Of a stretch of 64,000 nucleotides of DNA, positions 56,501 to 64,000 are shown piece after piece; position 1 is the first letter of the stretch, and each line of letters starts with the position of its first letter. The translations under genes were made by a program, and so were the position numbers. The DNA lies in assembly GCA_046758505.1 (NCBI GenBank), contig JBHIAH010000003.1:28178-92177 (forward strand), read 5' to 3'. The notes under the pieces were generated by a model. It saw only the letters and a program-made list of their open reading frames with translations. It searched no databases and was not told where the DNA came from. This DNA is from Candidatus Methylomirabilales bacterium. GTDB lineage: Bacteria > Methylomirabilota > Methylomirabilia > Methylomirabilales > CSP1-5.

Positions 56501-56731
56501 GAGGCTCTCCACCGAGTTGAGCTTCTCCTCGATCCGGTCGGTCACCTCCTGCTCCACCTCGAGGGGGGCCGCCCCCTGGTACTCGGTGCTCACGGTGATC
56601 TGGGGGCGGTCAATGGTGGGGGTCATCTGCCAGGGGAGGCGGAAGAGGGAGATGCTGCCGAAGAGGATGGCCAGCAGGACGCCGACTAAGACAGTGACCG
56701 GGTACTTGATGCAGGCCTCGATCAGCTTCAC
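53552..56731 (-). CDS. RND efflux transporter, AcrB/HAE1-like inner-membrane pump
   Basis: 1059 aa with 12-TM AcrB architecture and two large periplasmic loops. Conserved TM4 region AGMVVDNSIVILENI. Confidence 0.9.
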   Translation of the reverse strand: MKLIEACIKYPVTVLVGVLLAILFGSISLFRLPWQMTPTIDRPQITVSTEYQGAAPLEVEQEVTDRIEEKLNSVESLTEMTSTSFEGDSRIILKFDWGVNKDVARLDVSEKLGIVKDLPPDADESVIRAVNTDEETPIAWVIVKTTRPINEVWEEADDVIEPRLERVPGVATVWMFGGEDREVHVILDPEAMGARQISVAQVRDALLGENRNVKAGKIDEGKRRYVVRTLGQFTDIRQIPNVIIRQDARGIVYLRDIARVRFGYEDKERVVRVWGKPTIGFGVLRRTGTNTLEVMEGIKKELAYLNDLYRGKDIELVQVYDQTDYIYESVGLVTSNLFYGAFLAVAVLLLFLRSPSSIFIIAFAIPISLVATFVVLDALGRTLNIVMLAGLAFAAGMVVDNSIVILENIYRHRQMGKGKVQAAYDAALEVWGAVLASTLTTIFVFVPIIFVKEEAGQLFRDIAIAISTAVALSLIVSLTVVPMLSSRLLTVNRRAHNPTSRRSLWGFFDMLGLERFGATVVRSTVGALDWLRRGVRRRIVVALTIVCAAVSLSYLFMPPIDYLPQGNRNLIFVLIRTTPGLNIGQREAILKEFERRFALPEIHRMFAVARVENTIMGAIVKPAYHTLPGMRRVITEMRRRAKGVPGTEGVFITQSPLFRRRGAFIGGTNLEVEVKGDSLKQIRTISERLQGDLRRLPQINFVNTSFEAGNPELQIRVDRAKASQLGLSAREVGYVVETMVHGTQAGEFRERGKDLDLVLKGALQDIRRTQDLDQIVFFTPAGRLVKLSDVAAVRFDTGPTKVDHIDRDRAIKLTVNVKGAVPLEKAIQLVEQVVNPVRRALPLGTTIDVAGQARDLSVAWNSIKWSFLLALVVIYLLMCSLFESWSYPLIIMFTVPLAATGGVLAVRLANALEPAIKMDVITMLGFVILAGIVVNNAILIVHQALNHMREGWHPQEAILESVRTRIRPIFMTTATTVFGMLPLVFARGSGSELYRGLGAAVLGGLVVASVFTLILIPTLFSLWVDAKAVLRARLGGRVTEEVAGRHVIPPVGREAEERP

Positions 56732-57816
56732 CGCTCACCCTCCTTCACCCGGCGCACCTCGACCGGCGATCCATCTTGGAGGATTTCGTTTCCGGACACC
56801 ACGACCTCTTCCCCCGGCGTGAGATCGCCCTTCACCACCTCGACCATCCCCTCCAGGGCCTGCCCCGTCTCGACCCGGCGCGCCTGGACCCGGGAGGTGT
56901 CGAGGACGAAGACCATCCGGTCCCTTCCCCGGACCACCACCGCATCCTTGGGGATAAAGATACCCCGACGGGACTCGCCGTGCCGGATGCTCACCCGGGC
57001 GAACATTCCAGCCTTCAAGAGATGTTCCCGGGCGTTGTCCACCCGGATCTTGACCGGGAAGTTCCGGCTGCTGAGATCCGCCTGGGGGATGATGTACGCA
57101 ACGCGGCCCTTGAAGGTCCTGCCGGGATAGGTGTCCACGACCACCGTCGCCCTATCTCCCACTCGGATCTTTCCGATCTCCCGTTCGTTGACGGGGATCC
57201 GGACGTAGACGGTGTCAATGTCCACGAGGTCCGCGACCTTCCCTCCTTCCTCGACCCACTGACCAACCTCAACATGCTTTCTCACCATGTACCCGCCGAA
57301 GGGGGCAACGACGGTGGTTCGTCGAAGCTCATCGCTGACCTTCCGAAACGCCTCCGCGGCGGATTCCTCGAGCGCCTTGGCGGCGCGCGCTGCGGCCTTC
57401 GTGCGATCGCGCTCAGCCGCGCTGATGGCCCCCTCGGCGAAGAGGGCCTGGAAGCGGCGGTAATCCTGGTCCGCCCTGGTGAAGAGGGCTTGCCTCTCCT
57501 GAAGTTTTGCCTTCGCCTCCTTGACCGCGATCTCCAGGTCGCTCCGGCGCAGGCGGGTGAGAACCTGTCCCTTTGCCACCCGGTCCCCCTCCCGGAGATC
57601 GAACCGGGCCACGGCGCCAGCCACCTCGGCACTCACCGTGGTGTACAGGTTGGCCTCGACGGTCCCAACCGCCTGAATCTCGCGCGCCACAGCCCGCTCA
57701 ACGACCCGCGCGACCTCGACCGGAACCGGGGGCGGCCCCTGGGCAAAGGACGGCGCAAGGGTCGCCGTCAAGAGCACGGCCCCGACAAGCCCGACAAAAG
57801 CCCCCCCGTATCTCAC
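56728..57816 (-). CDS. RND efflux membrane fusion protein (HlyD/AcrA family)
   Basis: 362 aa with a signal/anchor, a lipoyl-like hairpin and a coiled coil (LEIAVKEAKAKLQERQALF). Its stop overlaps the pump start. Confidence 0.85.
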   Translation of the reverse strand: MRYGGAFVGLVGAVLLTATLAPSFAQGPPPVPVEVARVVERAVAREIQAVGTVEANLYTTVSAEVAGAVARFDLREGDRVAKGQVLTRLRRSDLEIAVKEAKAKLQERQALFTRADQDYRRFQALFAEGAISAAERDRTKAAARAAKALEESAAEAFRKVSDELRRTTVVAPFGGYMVRKHVEVGQWVEEGGKVADLVDIDTVYVRIPVNEREIGKIRVGDRATVVVDTYPGRTFKGRVAYIIPQADLSSRNFPVKIRVDNAREHLLKAGMFARVSIRHGESRRGIFIPKDAVVVRGRDRMVFVLDTSRVQARRVETGQALEGMVEVVKGDLTPGEEVVVSGNEILQDGSPVEVRRVKEGER

Positions 57817-57825
57817 CCCTTCACC

Positions 57826-58404
57826 TCAGACCCGCAAGAGCTCCAGAATGTGGCGACTGAGGGTCTCTACGAGACCCTTCGACGCATGCTTGTGTCCCAG
57901 GACCGCGTCGATCACGTGCCCCCGGTTCAGGTAATAGACCAGGATGGCGATCACACTGAAGGTGGCCTGCGCAACGTCGAGCACTCGGAAGACTCTCCGG
58001 TCCACCCCCTCACTGATCACCCGAGACAGCGCCTGGAATATTCGCCGGAAGTACGTCTGAGCGATGATCTGCACCTCCCGCTCCCGGCGCTCCACCGCCC
58101 GGTGCAGGAGGTGAAACTCATCCGGCCTCTCCCGGAAGAAGTCCAGGAAGGCTGCGACGATCGCCTCGATCCGCTGGAGCGGTGAGCCCGCCCCGCCCGC
58201 GATCCGCTCCACCTCCTCACACAGCGGCGCGACTGCTTTCTCCAGCAGATTCAGGTAGAGATTGCGCTTGTCCTTGAAGTAGTAGTAGAGGACCGGCTTG
58301 GTCACGGACGCCTCGGCGACGATCTGCCGGATCGAGGCCCCGTCAAACCCGTGCCGGGCAAACTCCCGCTTGGCGACCCGCTCGATACGTCCCTTCGTGG
58401 TCAT
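57826..58404 (-). CDS. TetR/AcrR-family transcriptional regulator
   Basis: 192 aa with the N-terminal HTH FARHGFDGASIRQIVAEASVTKPVLYYYFKDK. Confidence 0.85.
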   Translation of the reverse strand: MTTKGRIERVAKREFARHGFDGASIRQIVAEASVTKPVLYYYFKDKRNLYLNLLEKAVAPLCEEVERIAGGAGSPLQRIEAIVAAFLDFFRERPDEFHLLHRAVERREREVQIIAQTYFRRIFQALSRVISEGVDRRVFRVLDVAQATFSVIAILVYYLNRGHVIDAVLGHKHASKGLVETLSRHILELLRV

Positions 58405-58422
58405 TTACCTACCGTTAGGTAA
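58405..58422. promoter_or_regulatory. imperfect palindrome TTACCTAcCGtTAGGTAA, candidate TetR operator
   Basis: 7-bp perfect arms around a 4-bp centre, starting 1 nt upstream of the tetR-like start codon. Confidence 0.4.
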
Positions 58423-58500
58423 GTTCGTCCTCGAAAAAGAAACCCTCTGTTGCGAGGGTGTTTGGAGCATACCACACGGCATGCCCGGCGTCAAATGCGG

Positions 58501-58677
58501 CTACTTCTCCGTCTTCTTGATCACCCGCTTCTCGCTGATTTCCACCTGATCTCCGCACTCGGGGCAGATGTAATTCCCCTTCTTGCTCCTGGGAGGATCC
58601 ACCCCTCTCCCCCCGCAGGCGTGACAGGTATAGGCGATGATCCTGTCGCGTTCCTCCACACCCTCTCCCGTCCCCAT
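58501..58677 (-). CDS. small zinc-ribbon protein (hypothetical)
   Basis: CHACGG...CPECGD pair. The start is set at the internal ATG 58677 to avoid overlapping the yraN stop; the ORF-track start is 58698. Confidence 0.4.
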   Translation of the reverse strand: MGTGEGVEERDRIIAYTCHACGGRGVDPPRSKKGNYICPECGDQVEISEKRVIKKTEK

Positions 58678-58682
58678 CGAGC

Positions 58683-59054
58683 TCACTCCATTCCCCACGC
58701 TGGCCCGCGCCCCTGCACCGCGTTCCGAATCAGCTCGACCTGCGCCTCGGCGCCGTGCGGTGGAAATTGTACGGCCACCACATCGACCCGGCAGGGGACT
58801 CGCAGGCGCCGCTCCCGCATATACGCCTCAGCCACCCGGAGGATCTGCCGCTGCTTTCGCGCGTGAACCGCCTCGGCCGGTGCGCCAAACCGCGTCGAGC
58901 GCCGAGCCTTCACCTCGACGAACACCAGCACCTCCCCCTCCTGGGCGATGACATCGATCTCTCCCAGGGCACAGGTGAAGTTTTCCTCCACAATCCGAAA
59001 CCCGAGCCCTTCCAGGAAGCGCCGGGCCACCGCCTCGCCTTCGATCCCGACCAT
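58683..59054 (-). CDS. yraN: YraN-family (UPF0102) endonuclease-like protein
   Basis: GEAVARRFLEGLGFRIVEENFTCALGEIDVIAQEGEVLVFVEVKAR is the YraN/UPF0102 signature. The start is set at ATG 59054; the long upstream extension overlaps rnhB. Confidence 0.8.
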   Translation of the reverse strand: MVGIEGEAVARRFLEGLGFRIVEENFTCALGEIDVIAQEGEVLVFVEVKARRSTRFGAPAEAVHARKQRQILRVAEAYMRERRLRVPCRVDVVAVQFPPHGAEAQVELIRNAVQGRGPAWGME

Positions 59055-59071
59055 GCGGCGGTCCGGCACAG

Positions 59072-59692
59072 CTACCTCCCCTGCGGGACCAGGGGGAGCC
59101 GTATCTGTCGGAGCGGAGAGAAGGTCTTTCGATGGATGGGACTCGCGCCATGCGCGGCGATGGCCCGAAGATGCGCTCCCGTCCCATATCCCTTGTGTTG
59201 ATCGAAGCCGTACGCCGGATACGCCTGGTGGTAGGTCGCCATGATGCGATCCCGGGTCACCTTGGCGACGATCGAGGCGGCACTGACGGAAGGACACGTG
59301 AGGTCCCCCCGCGGAACGGGAAAGACCGGAAGGGCAATCTGGGGAGCCGCCAATCCATCCACCAGAACCCCGTCGGGGGAGACGCGGAGATCCGCAACGG
59401 CCTGCTCCATGGCGAGCAGGGTGGCCTGCAGAATATTGCGCAGCTCAATGGTGGCGACCTCCACGATCCCCACCGCGACCGCCAGGGCCTCCTCTACAAT
59501 CCGCCGGTACAGGACCTCGCGCCGCTGGTGGCTGACCCGCTTGGAGTCGGTCACGCCGGGGATCGCCCGGCCGCCCCGCAGGATCACCGCCGCCGCCACC
59601 ACCGGCCCGGCCAAGGCCCCTCGCCCAGCCTCGTCCACCCCGGCCAGTCGCACAAACCCTTTCCGCCGGAGCGCCTCCTCGATGCCCCTCAT
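59072..59692 (-). CDS. rnhB: ribonuclease HII
   Basis: 206 aa with GVDEAGRGALAGPVVAAAV, DSKRVS and HKGYGT motifs. Confidence 0.9.
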   Translation of the reverse strand: MRGIEEALRRKGFVRLAGVDEAGRGALAGPVVAAAVILRGGRAIPGVTDSKRVSHQRREVLYRRIVEEALAVAVGIVEVATIELRNILQATLLAMEQAVADLRVSPDGVLVDGLAAPQIALPVFPVPRGDLTCPSVSAASIVAKVTRDRIMATYHQAYPAYGFDQHKGYGTGAHLRAIAAHGASPIHRKTFSPLRQIRLPLVPQGR

Positions 59693-59877
59693 CCCCGCGC
59701 CTCTCTACCTCCCCCGAGCCGGCCCAGGGCTCTGTCGCGGACATCCCGTTATGAACCCCGATCTGGCAGGCCCTGCGCGTCGAAGCAGCCTCCCGCGTGT
59801 CCTTACTCCCCGCCCGGGTTCGGACCGATCAGCGTTCCCTCCGCCGAGCGGCCCATCGCCGCCGGCCGATCGGCCAC

Positions 59878-60246
59878 TCACCCCTTGGTGCCGGAAACCC
59901 GCTTCTCGCGAATCCGCGCGGCCTTCCCGCGCCGCCCCCGCAGGTAGTAGAGTTTGGCCCGGCGCACGCGGCCGGCGCGAAGGCGCTCGATCCGCTCGAT
60001 CACGGGGGAGTGCAGCGGGAACGTGCGCTCGACGCCGACCCCATAGCTGACCTTCCGGACGGTAAAGGTGGACCCGAGGCCCGCCTGCCGCCGCCGGAGG
60101 ACCACGCCCTCGAAGGCCTGGAGCCGCTCCTTCTCTGCCTCCCGTACCTTGACATAGACGCGAACCGCATCCCCAGGCCCAAACCTGGGAAGATCGGCCC
60201 GCAGGTGGCGGGCCTCCACCGACTTCAGATAGTTACCGATATTCAT
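59878..60246 (-). CDS. rplS: 50S ribosomal protein L19
   Basis: 122 aa with [31 protein letters not shown] and SPVIERIE motifs. Confidence 0.9.
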   Translation of the reverse strand: MNIGNYLKSVEARHLRADLPRFGPGDAVRVYVKVREAEKERLQAFEGVVLRRRQAGLGSTFTVRKVSYGVGVERTFPLHSPVIERIERLRAGRVRRAKLYYLRGRRGKAARIREKRVSGTKG

Positions 60247-60982
60247 GACCTCCTCGCGTGTTGATCCTCTCGCCGTTCTCTTCGAGCCGGATCTCAGAAA
60301 GCAGGAACTGATCCTCGGCGTTCAGTGACGCCCGCGCCACGAGATCCGGGCGGCGAATAAGCGTCCGGCGCAATGCCTCCTTCCGCCGCCAGCGTCGAAT
60401 GTGTTCGTGATCCCCCGAGAGCAAGACTTCGGGAACCTGGAGCCCGCGATACACGGGCGGCCGGGTGTACTGGGGATGATCGAGCAGGCCGCCGGCAAAG
60501 GAATCCTGTTGTGCCGAATCCTGATCCCCCAGCGCGCCCGGGATCAGGCGGGCCACCGCATCGATCAGCACCAGGGCCGGCAGCTCCCCCCCGCTCAAGA
60601 CGTAGTCCCCGATCGAGATCTCGCGGTCTGCCAGGGTCCGCACCCGCTCATCAAAACCCTCGTACCGGCCGCACAACAGGATGAGATGTGTCGCCTCCGC
60701 CAGGCGGCAGGCCATGGCGTGATCGAATCGCTCCCCTTGGGGCGTAAGGAGGAGAACCTGGCTCGCCGGCTCCCGCAGAACATCCACGGCCTCAAAGAAC
60801 GGTTCCGGCTTCAGCACCATCCCCGCCCCGCCGCCGTACGGGACGTCGTCCACCACCCGATGTCGGTCATGGGTCCAGTCCCGGAGGTCGTGCACCCGAA
60901 TGGTTACCAGGCCCTTTTCCTGGACGCGCGCCAGGATGCTCTCGTCGAGGGGCCCGGAGAACATCCCCCGGAAGAGGGTCAC
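60233..60982 (-). CDS. trmD: tRNA (guanine37-N1)-methyltransferase TrmD
   Basis: 249 aa with [30 protein letters not shown] and [12 protein letters not shown] motifs. Confidence 0.9.
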   Translation of the reverse strand: MTLFRGMFSGPLDESILARVQEKGLVTIRVHDLRDWTHDRHRVVDDVPYGGGAGMVLKPEPFFEAVDVLREPASQVLLLTPQGERFDHAMACRLAEATHLILLCGRYEGFDERVRTLADREISIGDYVLSGGELPALVLIDAVARLIPGALGDQDSAQQDSFAGGLLDHPQYTRPPVYRGLQVPEVLLSGDHEHIRRWRRKEALRRTLIRRPDLVARASLNAEDQFLLSEIRLEENGERINTRGGHEYR

Positions 60983-60986
60983 GATA

Positions 60987-61511
60987 TCATACCGTCTCAG
61001 CGTCCACCAACCCTTCTATCGGCCGAACGACCATCACGCCTCTCGCCAGGTCGACTCGAAGAATAAAAGCCCGCACGGCGGGAAGGAGCCACTCTCCGCC
61101 GTCCCGTCGGACCACATACACGTCGTGCGCCTCCGATGGCCAGATGTCCACTATCTCGCCGAGCTCCTCTCCCGTCTCCGTCTGCACCTGCAGGCCGAGG
61201 ATATCGTCATGATAGTAGACCGCCTCCGGCAGCGCGGGGGCCGAGGCCCGCGGAATACAGATCTCGTGGCCGCGCACCGCCTCGGCGGCTTCTCGATTGG
61301 CAATGCCTTCAAAGGTGGCCACCAGCAGATGTCGAAGGGGCCGCGTCTCCTTGACGAACACCTCCGACTCGCCCCGGGGCCCCCGAAGAATCACCGATCG
61401 TCCCGGAGCAAGGAGCGTGGGCACATCCGTGAAGGACTTCACCTTCACCGCCCCCCGAAGACCCCAGGCACCCAGCACCCGCCCCAGGATCAATAATCTC
61501 TGAGACGCCAC
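60987..61511 (-). CDS. rimM: 16S rRNA processing protein RimM
   Basis: 174 aa with an N-terminal [16 protein letters not shown] beta-barrel motif and a PRC barrel C-terminus. The operon position is conserved. Confidence 0.85.
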   Translation of the reverse strand: MASQRLLILGRVLGAWGLRGAVKVKSFTDVPTLLAPGRSVILRGPRGESEVFVKETRPLRHLLVATFEGIANREAAEAVRGHEICIPRASAPALPEAVYYHDDILGLQVQTETGEELGEIVDIWPSEAHDVYVVRRDGGEWLLPAVRAFILRVDLARGVMVVRPIEGLVDAETV

Positions 61512-61517
61512 CGGATC

Positions 61518-61751
61518 CTACTCGACAATCTCCAATACCGCCCGTCGCCGAGATTTGGCCGCCGTGGCGTGGAGGAGGGTTCGCATCGCCCGGGCGGTCC
61601 GGCCCTGCTTCCCGATCACCCGGCCCAAATCCGATTGGGCCACCTTGAGCCTCAACATCGTTGTTTTCTCGTCCTCGACCGCTTCCACGCTCACCGCATC
61701 GGGGTTGTCCACCAGGGCCCTTGCGACGAACTCGACCAGTTCCTTCAACAC
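61518..61751 (-). CDS. KH-domain RNA-binding protein (YlqC/UPF0109)
   Basis: 77 aa with the GRVIGKQGRTARAMRTLL KH motif. It sits in the typical position between rpsP and rimM. Confidence 0.8.
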   Translation of the reverse strand: MLKELVEFVARALVDNPDAVSVEAVEDEKTTMLRLKVAQSDLGRVIGKQGRTARAMRTLLHATAAKSRRRAVLEIVE

Positions 61752-61844
61752 GTCCGCCTCCTCAGTGCTGTCGCAGCTCTCGGCAGGATGCCCTCAGGGA
61801 GGAGGCCCTTGCTCCCGAGGTTCCGATCGACGAGCCGCTCTGCG

Positions 61845-62126
61845 TCAAGCGGTTTTCCGAGTCCTCCTGAGGCTGGCAAATCGTTCCAAAACCCCCGCGG
61901 TTGAGAGGAGCTCCCGCACCGTCGCCGTCGGCCGTGCACCCTGCTGAAGCCAGGAGAGGGCCTTCTCCTCATCGAGGGTCAACGCTGCCGCTTTCTGAAG
62001 GGGATTATAGACCCCGATGCTCTCGATGACGCGGCCATCCCGGGGCGTGCGTGCATCCGCCACGACAATCCGGAACACCGGCCGCTTCTTTGTTCCGATC
62101 CGCTTTAATCTGAGCCGTACGGCCAC
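61845..62126 (-). CDS. rpsP: 30S ribosomal protein S16
   Basis: [32 protein letters not shown] is the canonical S16 N-terminus. GTG start at 62126; the ORF-track ATG at 62159 adds 11 non-conserved residues. Confidence 0.85.
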   Translation of the reverse strand: MAVRLRLKRIGTKKRPVFRIVVADARTPRDGRVIESIGVYNPLQKAAALTLDEEKALSWLQQGARPTATVRELLSTAGVLERFASLRRTRKTA

Positions 62127-62161
62127 TCCGTCACCTCCCGTTCCCTCAGACGATTCCACCC

Positions 62162-63487
62162 TTATCCCAGGGGAAAGAGGCCCCGGGTTCCCTCTTTCTT
62201 CCGTGCCTGGAGCACCTGTCGCATCACGCGCTGGGTCTGGTGAAACTGTCGCAAGAGCTGGTTCACCTCGGCCACCGATGTGCCGGATCCCTTGGCGATT
62301 CGCTGACGCCGGCTTCCTGTCAGGATCCCCGGGCTGCGCCGCTCCGCCTTGGTCATGGAATCCAAGATGGCCTCCATGCGGGTGAGGGCCCTGCCGTCAA
62401 CCTGTGGGGTGCCCATCCCCGCCGGGAGGCCCGGCAGCATCCCGATCAACTCCTCGACCGACCCCATCCGGCGGACCTGCGTGAGTTGTGCTCGAAAGTC
62501 CTCCAGCGTGTACGTCTCCCGCTGGATCTTCTGAGCCAGCGCCTCGGCCTGCGCCCGGTCCACCGCGGCTTCCGCCCGCTCCACCAGGGAGAGGACATCC
62601 CCCATCCCGAGGATCCGGGAGGCCATCCGCTCCGGATGAAACGGCTCGAGCGCCTCGAGCTTTTCTCCCACGCCGATGAACTTGATGGGGCGTCCCGTCA
62701 CCGCCCGAAGCGTCAGGGCCGCCCCTCCCCGGGCATCCCCATCCAGCTTGGTGAGGATGAACCCGGTCAGATCCACCGCCCGGTGAAAGGTCGTGGCGAC
62801 GCCGAGCGCGTCCTGACCGGTCATGGCGTCCAGCACCAGGAGGGTTTCCACCGGATGGACCACCTCCTGGATGGCTTGCACCTCTGCCATGAGGGCATCA
62901 TCGATATGGAGCCTGCCCCCCGTGTCCACGAGCACCGGTTCCAGGCCCCGTGCGACGGCGCATCGGGCAGCTTCCCGACACACGTCCACGGCAGAGGTGT
63001 GAGCGTCGCCGAAGACGTCGACCCCGATCTTCCCCCCGAGGACCTCCAGCTGTTTCGCCGCCGCCGGGCGACGCGTATCCGCCGCGACCAAGAGCGGCAA
63101 CCGCCCCCGTCGCTTGAGCAGCGCGGCCAGCTTCGCCGCCGTCGTGGTCTTCCCCGATCCCTGGAGCCCGACCAGCATCACCACCGACGGGGAGTGTGCC
63201 GCCGAGGCCAAACCGCTTCCCGCTCCCCCGAGGAGCAGGGTCAGTTCTTCGAAAACAATCTTGACGACTTGCTGCCCCGGGGTGACGGACTGCAGCACCT
63301 CGCGGCCGATGGCCCGCTCTTGGACGCGGGCCAGAAAATCCTTGACCACCCCGTAGTGAACATCCGCCTCGAGGAGCGCGAGGCGGACCTCCCGCAGGGC
63401 CGTGGCGATCTGCGCTTGGCTGAGCGTTCCGTGGCCCCGTAGCTTTTTGAAAATGCCCTGAAGCCGATCGGATAACCGGTGAAACAT
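62162..63487 (-). CDS. ffh: signal recognition particle protein Ffh
   Basis: The start is set at [18 protein letters not shown] (ATG 63487). GTPase motifs [15 protein letters not shown] and TKLDGD are present, followed by a Met-rich M domain. Confidence 0.9.
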   Translation of the reverse strand: MFHRLSDRLQGIFKKLRGHGTLSQAQIATALREVRLALLEADVHYGVVKDFLARVQERAIGREVLQSVTPGQQVVKIVFEELTLLLGGAGSGLASAAHSPSVVMLVGLQGSGKTTTAAKLAALLKRRGRLPLLVAADTRRPAAAKQLEVLGGKIGVDVFGDAHTSAVDVCREAARCAVARGLEPVLVDTGGRLHIDDALMAEVQAIQEVVHPVETLLVLDAMTGQDALGVATTFHRAVDLTGFILTKLDGDARGGAALTLRAVTGRPIKFIGVGEKLEALEPFHPERMASRILGMGDVLSLVERAEAAVDRAQAEALAQKIQRETYTLEDFRAQLTQVRRMGSVEELIGMLPGLPAGMGTPQVDGRALTRMEAILDSMTKAERRSPGILTGSRRQRIAKGSGTSVAEVNQLLRQFHQTQRVMRQVLQARKKEGTRGLFPLG

Positions 63488-63512
63488 AGCTCCGCCGTAA
63501 AGGTAAACACTT

Positions 63513-63541
63513 AAATTATCTGATGTTACACGAATTGTCAA
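63513..63541 (-). promoter_or_regulatory. sigma70-like promoter candidate of the ffh-rpsP-rimM-trmD-rplS operon
   Basis: The minus strand reads TTGACA (63541-63536), a 17-nt spacer, then TAATTT (63518-63513; GATAAT overlaps it). An A-tract lies upstream, and the -10 is 26 nt upstream of the ffh ATG, which has RBS GGCGGAG. Confidence 0.45.
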
Positions 63542-63767
63542 TAAACAATTTTTTTTCTTCAGCGGATGCCAAGGAGGGCACGGCACACCACCCCCCCTCT
63601 CGGCCTCAGGTAGCTCCCCAGCGAGAAATTGGCCTACCCCGAGGGAGGCGTCCATCTGCCCGACGCCATATTACGCGAGAGGTTGTGAAAAGGGAAGTCT
63701 TTTCGGTGCCGCATCCAGATGGAAGGAAAGACCAATAAGGGGACGTCCATAAAATTATAACAATCGC

Positions 63768-64000
63768 TTATGTCTTTAACAGTTTGACCTCCTTCATCTT
63801 GGCGATCTTCTCTCCCCGCCTGACCGCGATACTCACCGCCGGCTGCGAGATGCCGAGCGTTCTCGCCAGAGCTGTGGCACTGGCACCGAGCTCCCGCACC
63901 GCCCAGTAGCAAAAGAGGCTCCGGGCATGTACCAGGGAACGATGCCTTCCCGGGCCATATATCTCTCGCGGCTCCATCTCGAACAGGGTGGCAACCCGCT
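63768..64000 (-). CDS. C-terminal fragment of a second Y1/RAYT-like transposase (DnaA-C-like HTH), 5' part outside window
   Basis: The open frame runs to the window edge. ...HRSLVHARSLFCYWAVRELGASATALARTLGISQPAVSIAVRRGEKI resembles the HTH tail typical of REP-associated Y1 transposases. Confidence 0.5.
   Translation of the reverse strand, partial: RVATLFEMEPREIYGPGRHRSLVHARSLFCYWAVRELGASATALARTLGISQPAVSIAVRRGEKIAKMKEVKLLKT

Noticed and set aside
53873-56689. A 938-aa ORF on the plus strand. Similar very long ORFs are 5695-6579, 39134-40522, 42528-44129, 45339-46505, 62240-63442 and 30551-31684.
   Set aside because: All lie antisense to genes with unmistakable family signatures (RND pump, TolC-like, SBP, comM, TPR, ffh, P450). 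Their translations are low-complexity Arg/Pro/Gly/His-rich sequences typical of shadow ORFs in high-GC DNA.

Overview
High-GC bacterial chromosomal segment (GC judged by eye, not computed) from a diderm, hopanoid-producing organism. I found no rRNA, tRNA or CRISPR array, and the phylum cannot be assigned from this window alone.

Layout:
- 1-19.7 kb: a hopanoid locus. It has shc (truncated at the window edge), hpnN, hpnH, hpnG, hpnA, an hpnL-like gene, a polyprenyl synthase, hpnD and ispH. Embedded in it, on the minus strand between shc and hpnH, are MlaFED, two MlaC/HpnM-like proteins, a TolC-like porin and a PagL-like deacylase.
- 19.7-22.4 kb: PfpI, ferritin and an amino-acid binding protein.
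- 22.4-30 kb: a visibly lower-GC accessory stretch. It holds a NarL-type regulator split into REC-only and HTH-only genes, a JmjC/cupin protein, an RhlA/PhaG-like hydrolase, a CHASE-PAS kinase with its NarL regulator, and three copies of a 42-bp motif.
- 30-42 kb: P450, glyoxalase-like protein, D-2-hydroxyacid dehydrogenase, an EEP nuclease plus a stand-alone LigD phosphoesterase, a Dpp-like peptide permease set and an aminotransferase.
- 42.5-48.9 kb: comM/yifB with a 4.43-kb insertion bounded by a perfect 220-bp direct repeat. The insertion carries a RAYT/IS200-like Y1 transposase flanked by REP-like inverted repeats and an FRG-domain + TPR two-gene operon. This operon is my best candidate for an undescribed conflict or defence module.
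- 49-53 kb: a subtilase with an exosortase-type C-terminal signal, a dedicated mini-exosortase and a prodomain-like secreted protein.
- 53.5-58.4 kb: a TetR-controlled RND efflux pair.
- 58.5-63.5 kb: the conserved ffh-rpsP-rimM-trmD-rplS-rnhB-yraN operon. The window ends in a second Y1-transposase fragment.

Intergenic regions are full of a mosaic (BIME-like) short-repeat family, including a 103-bp near-perfect inverted repeat pair. All functional calls rest on my own reading of the translated ORFs and remembered family signatures. No searches were run.
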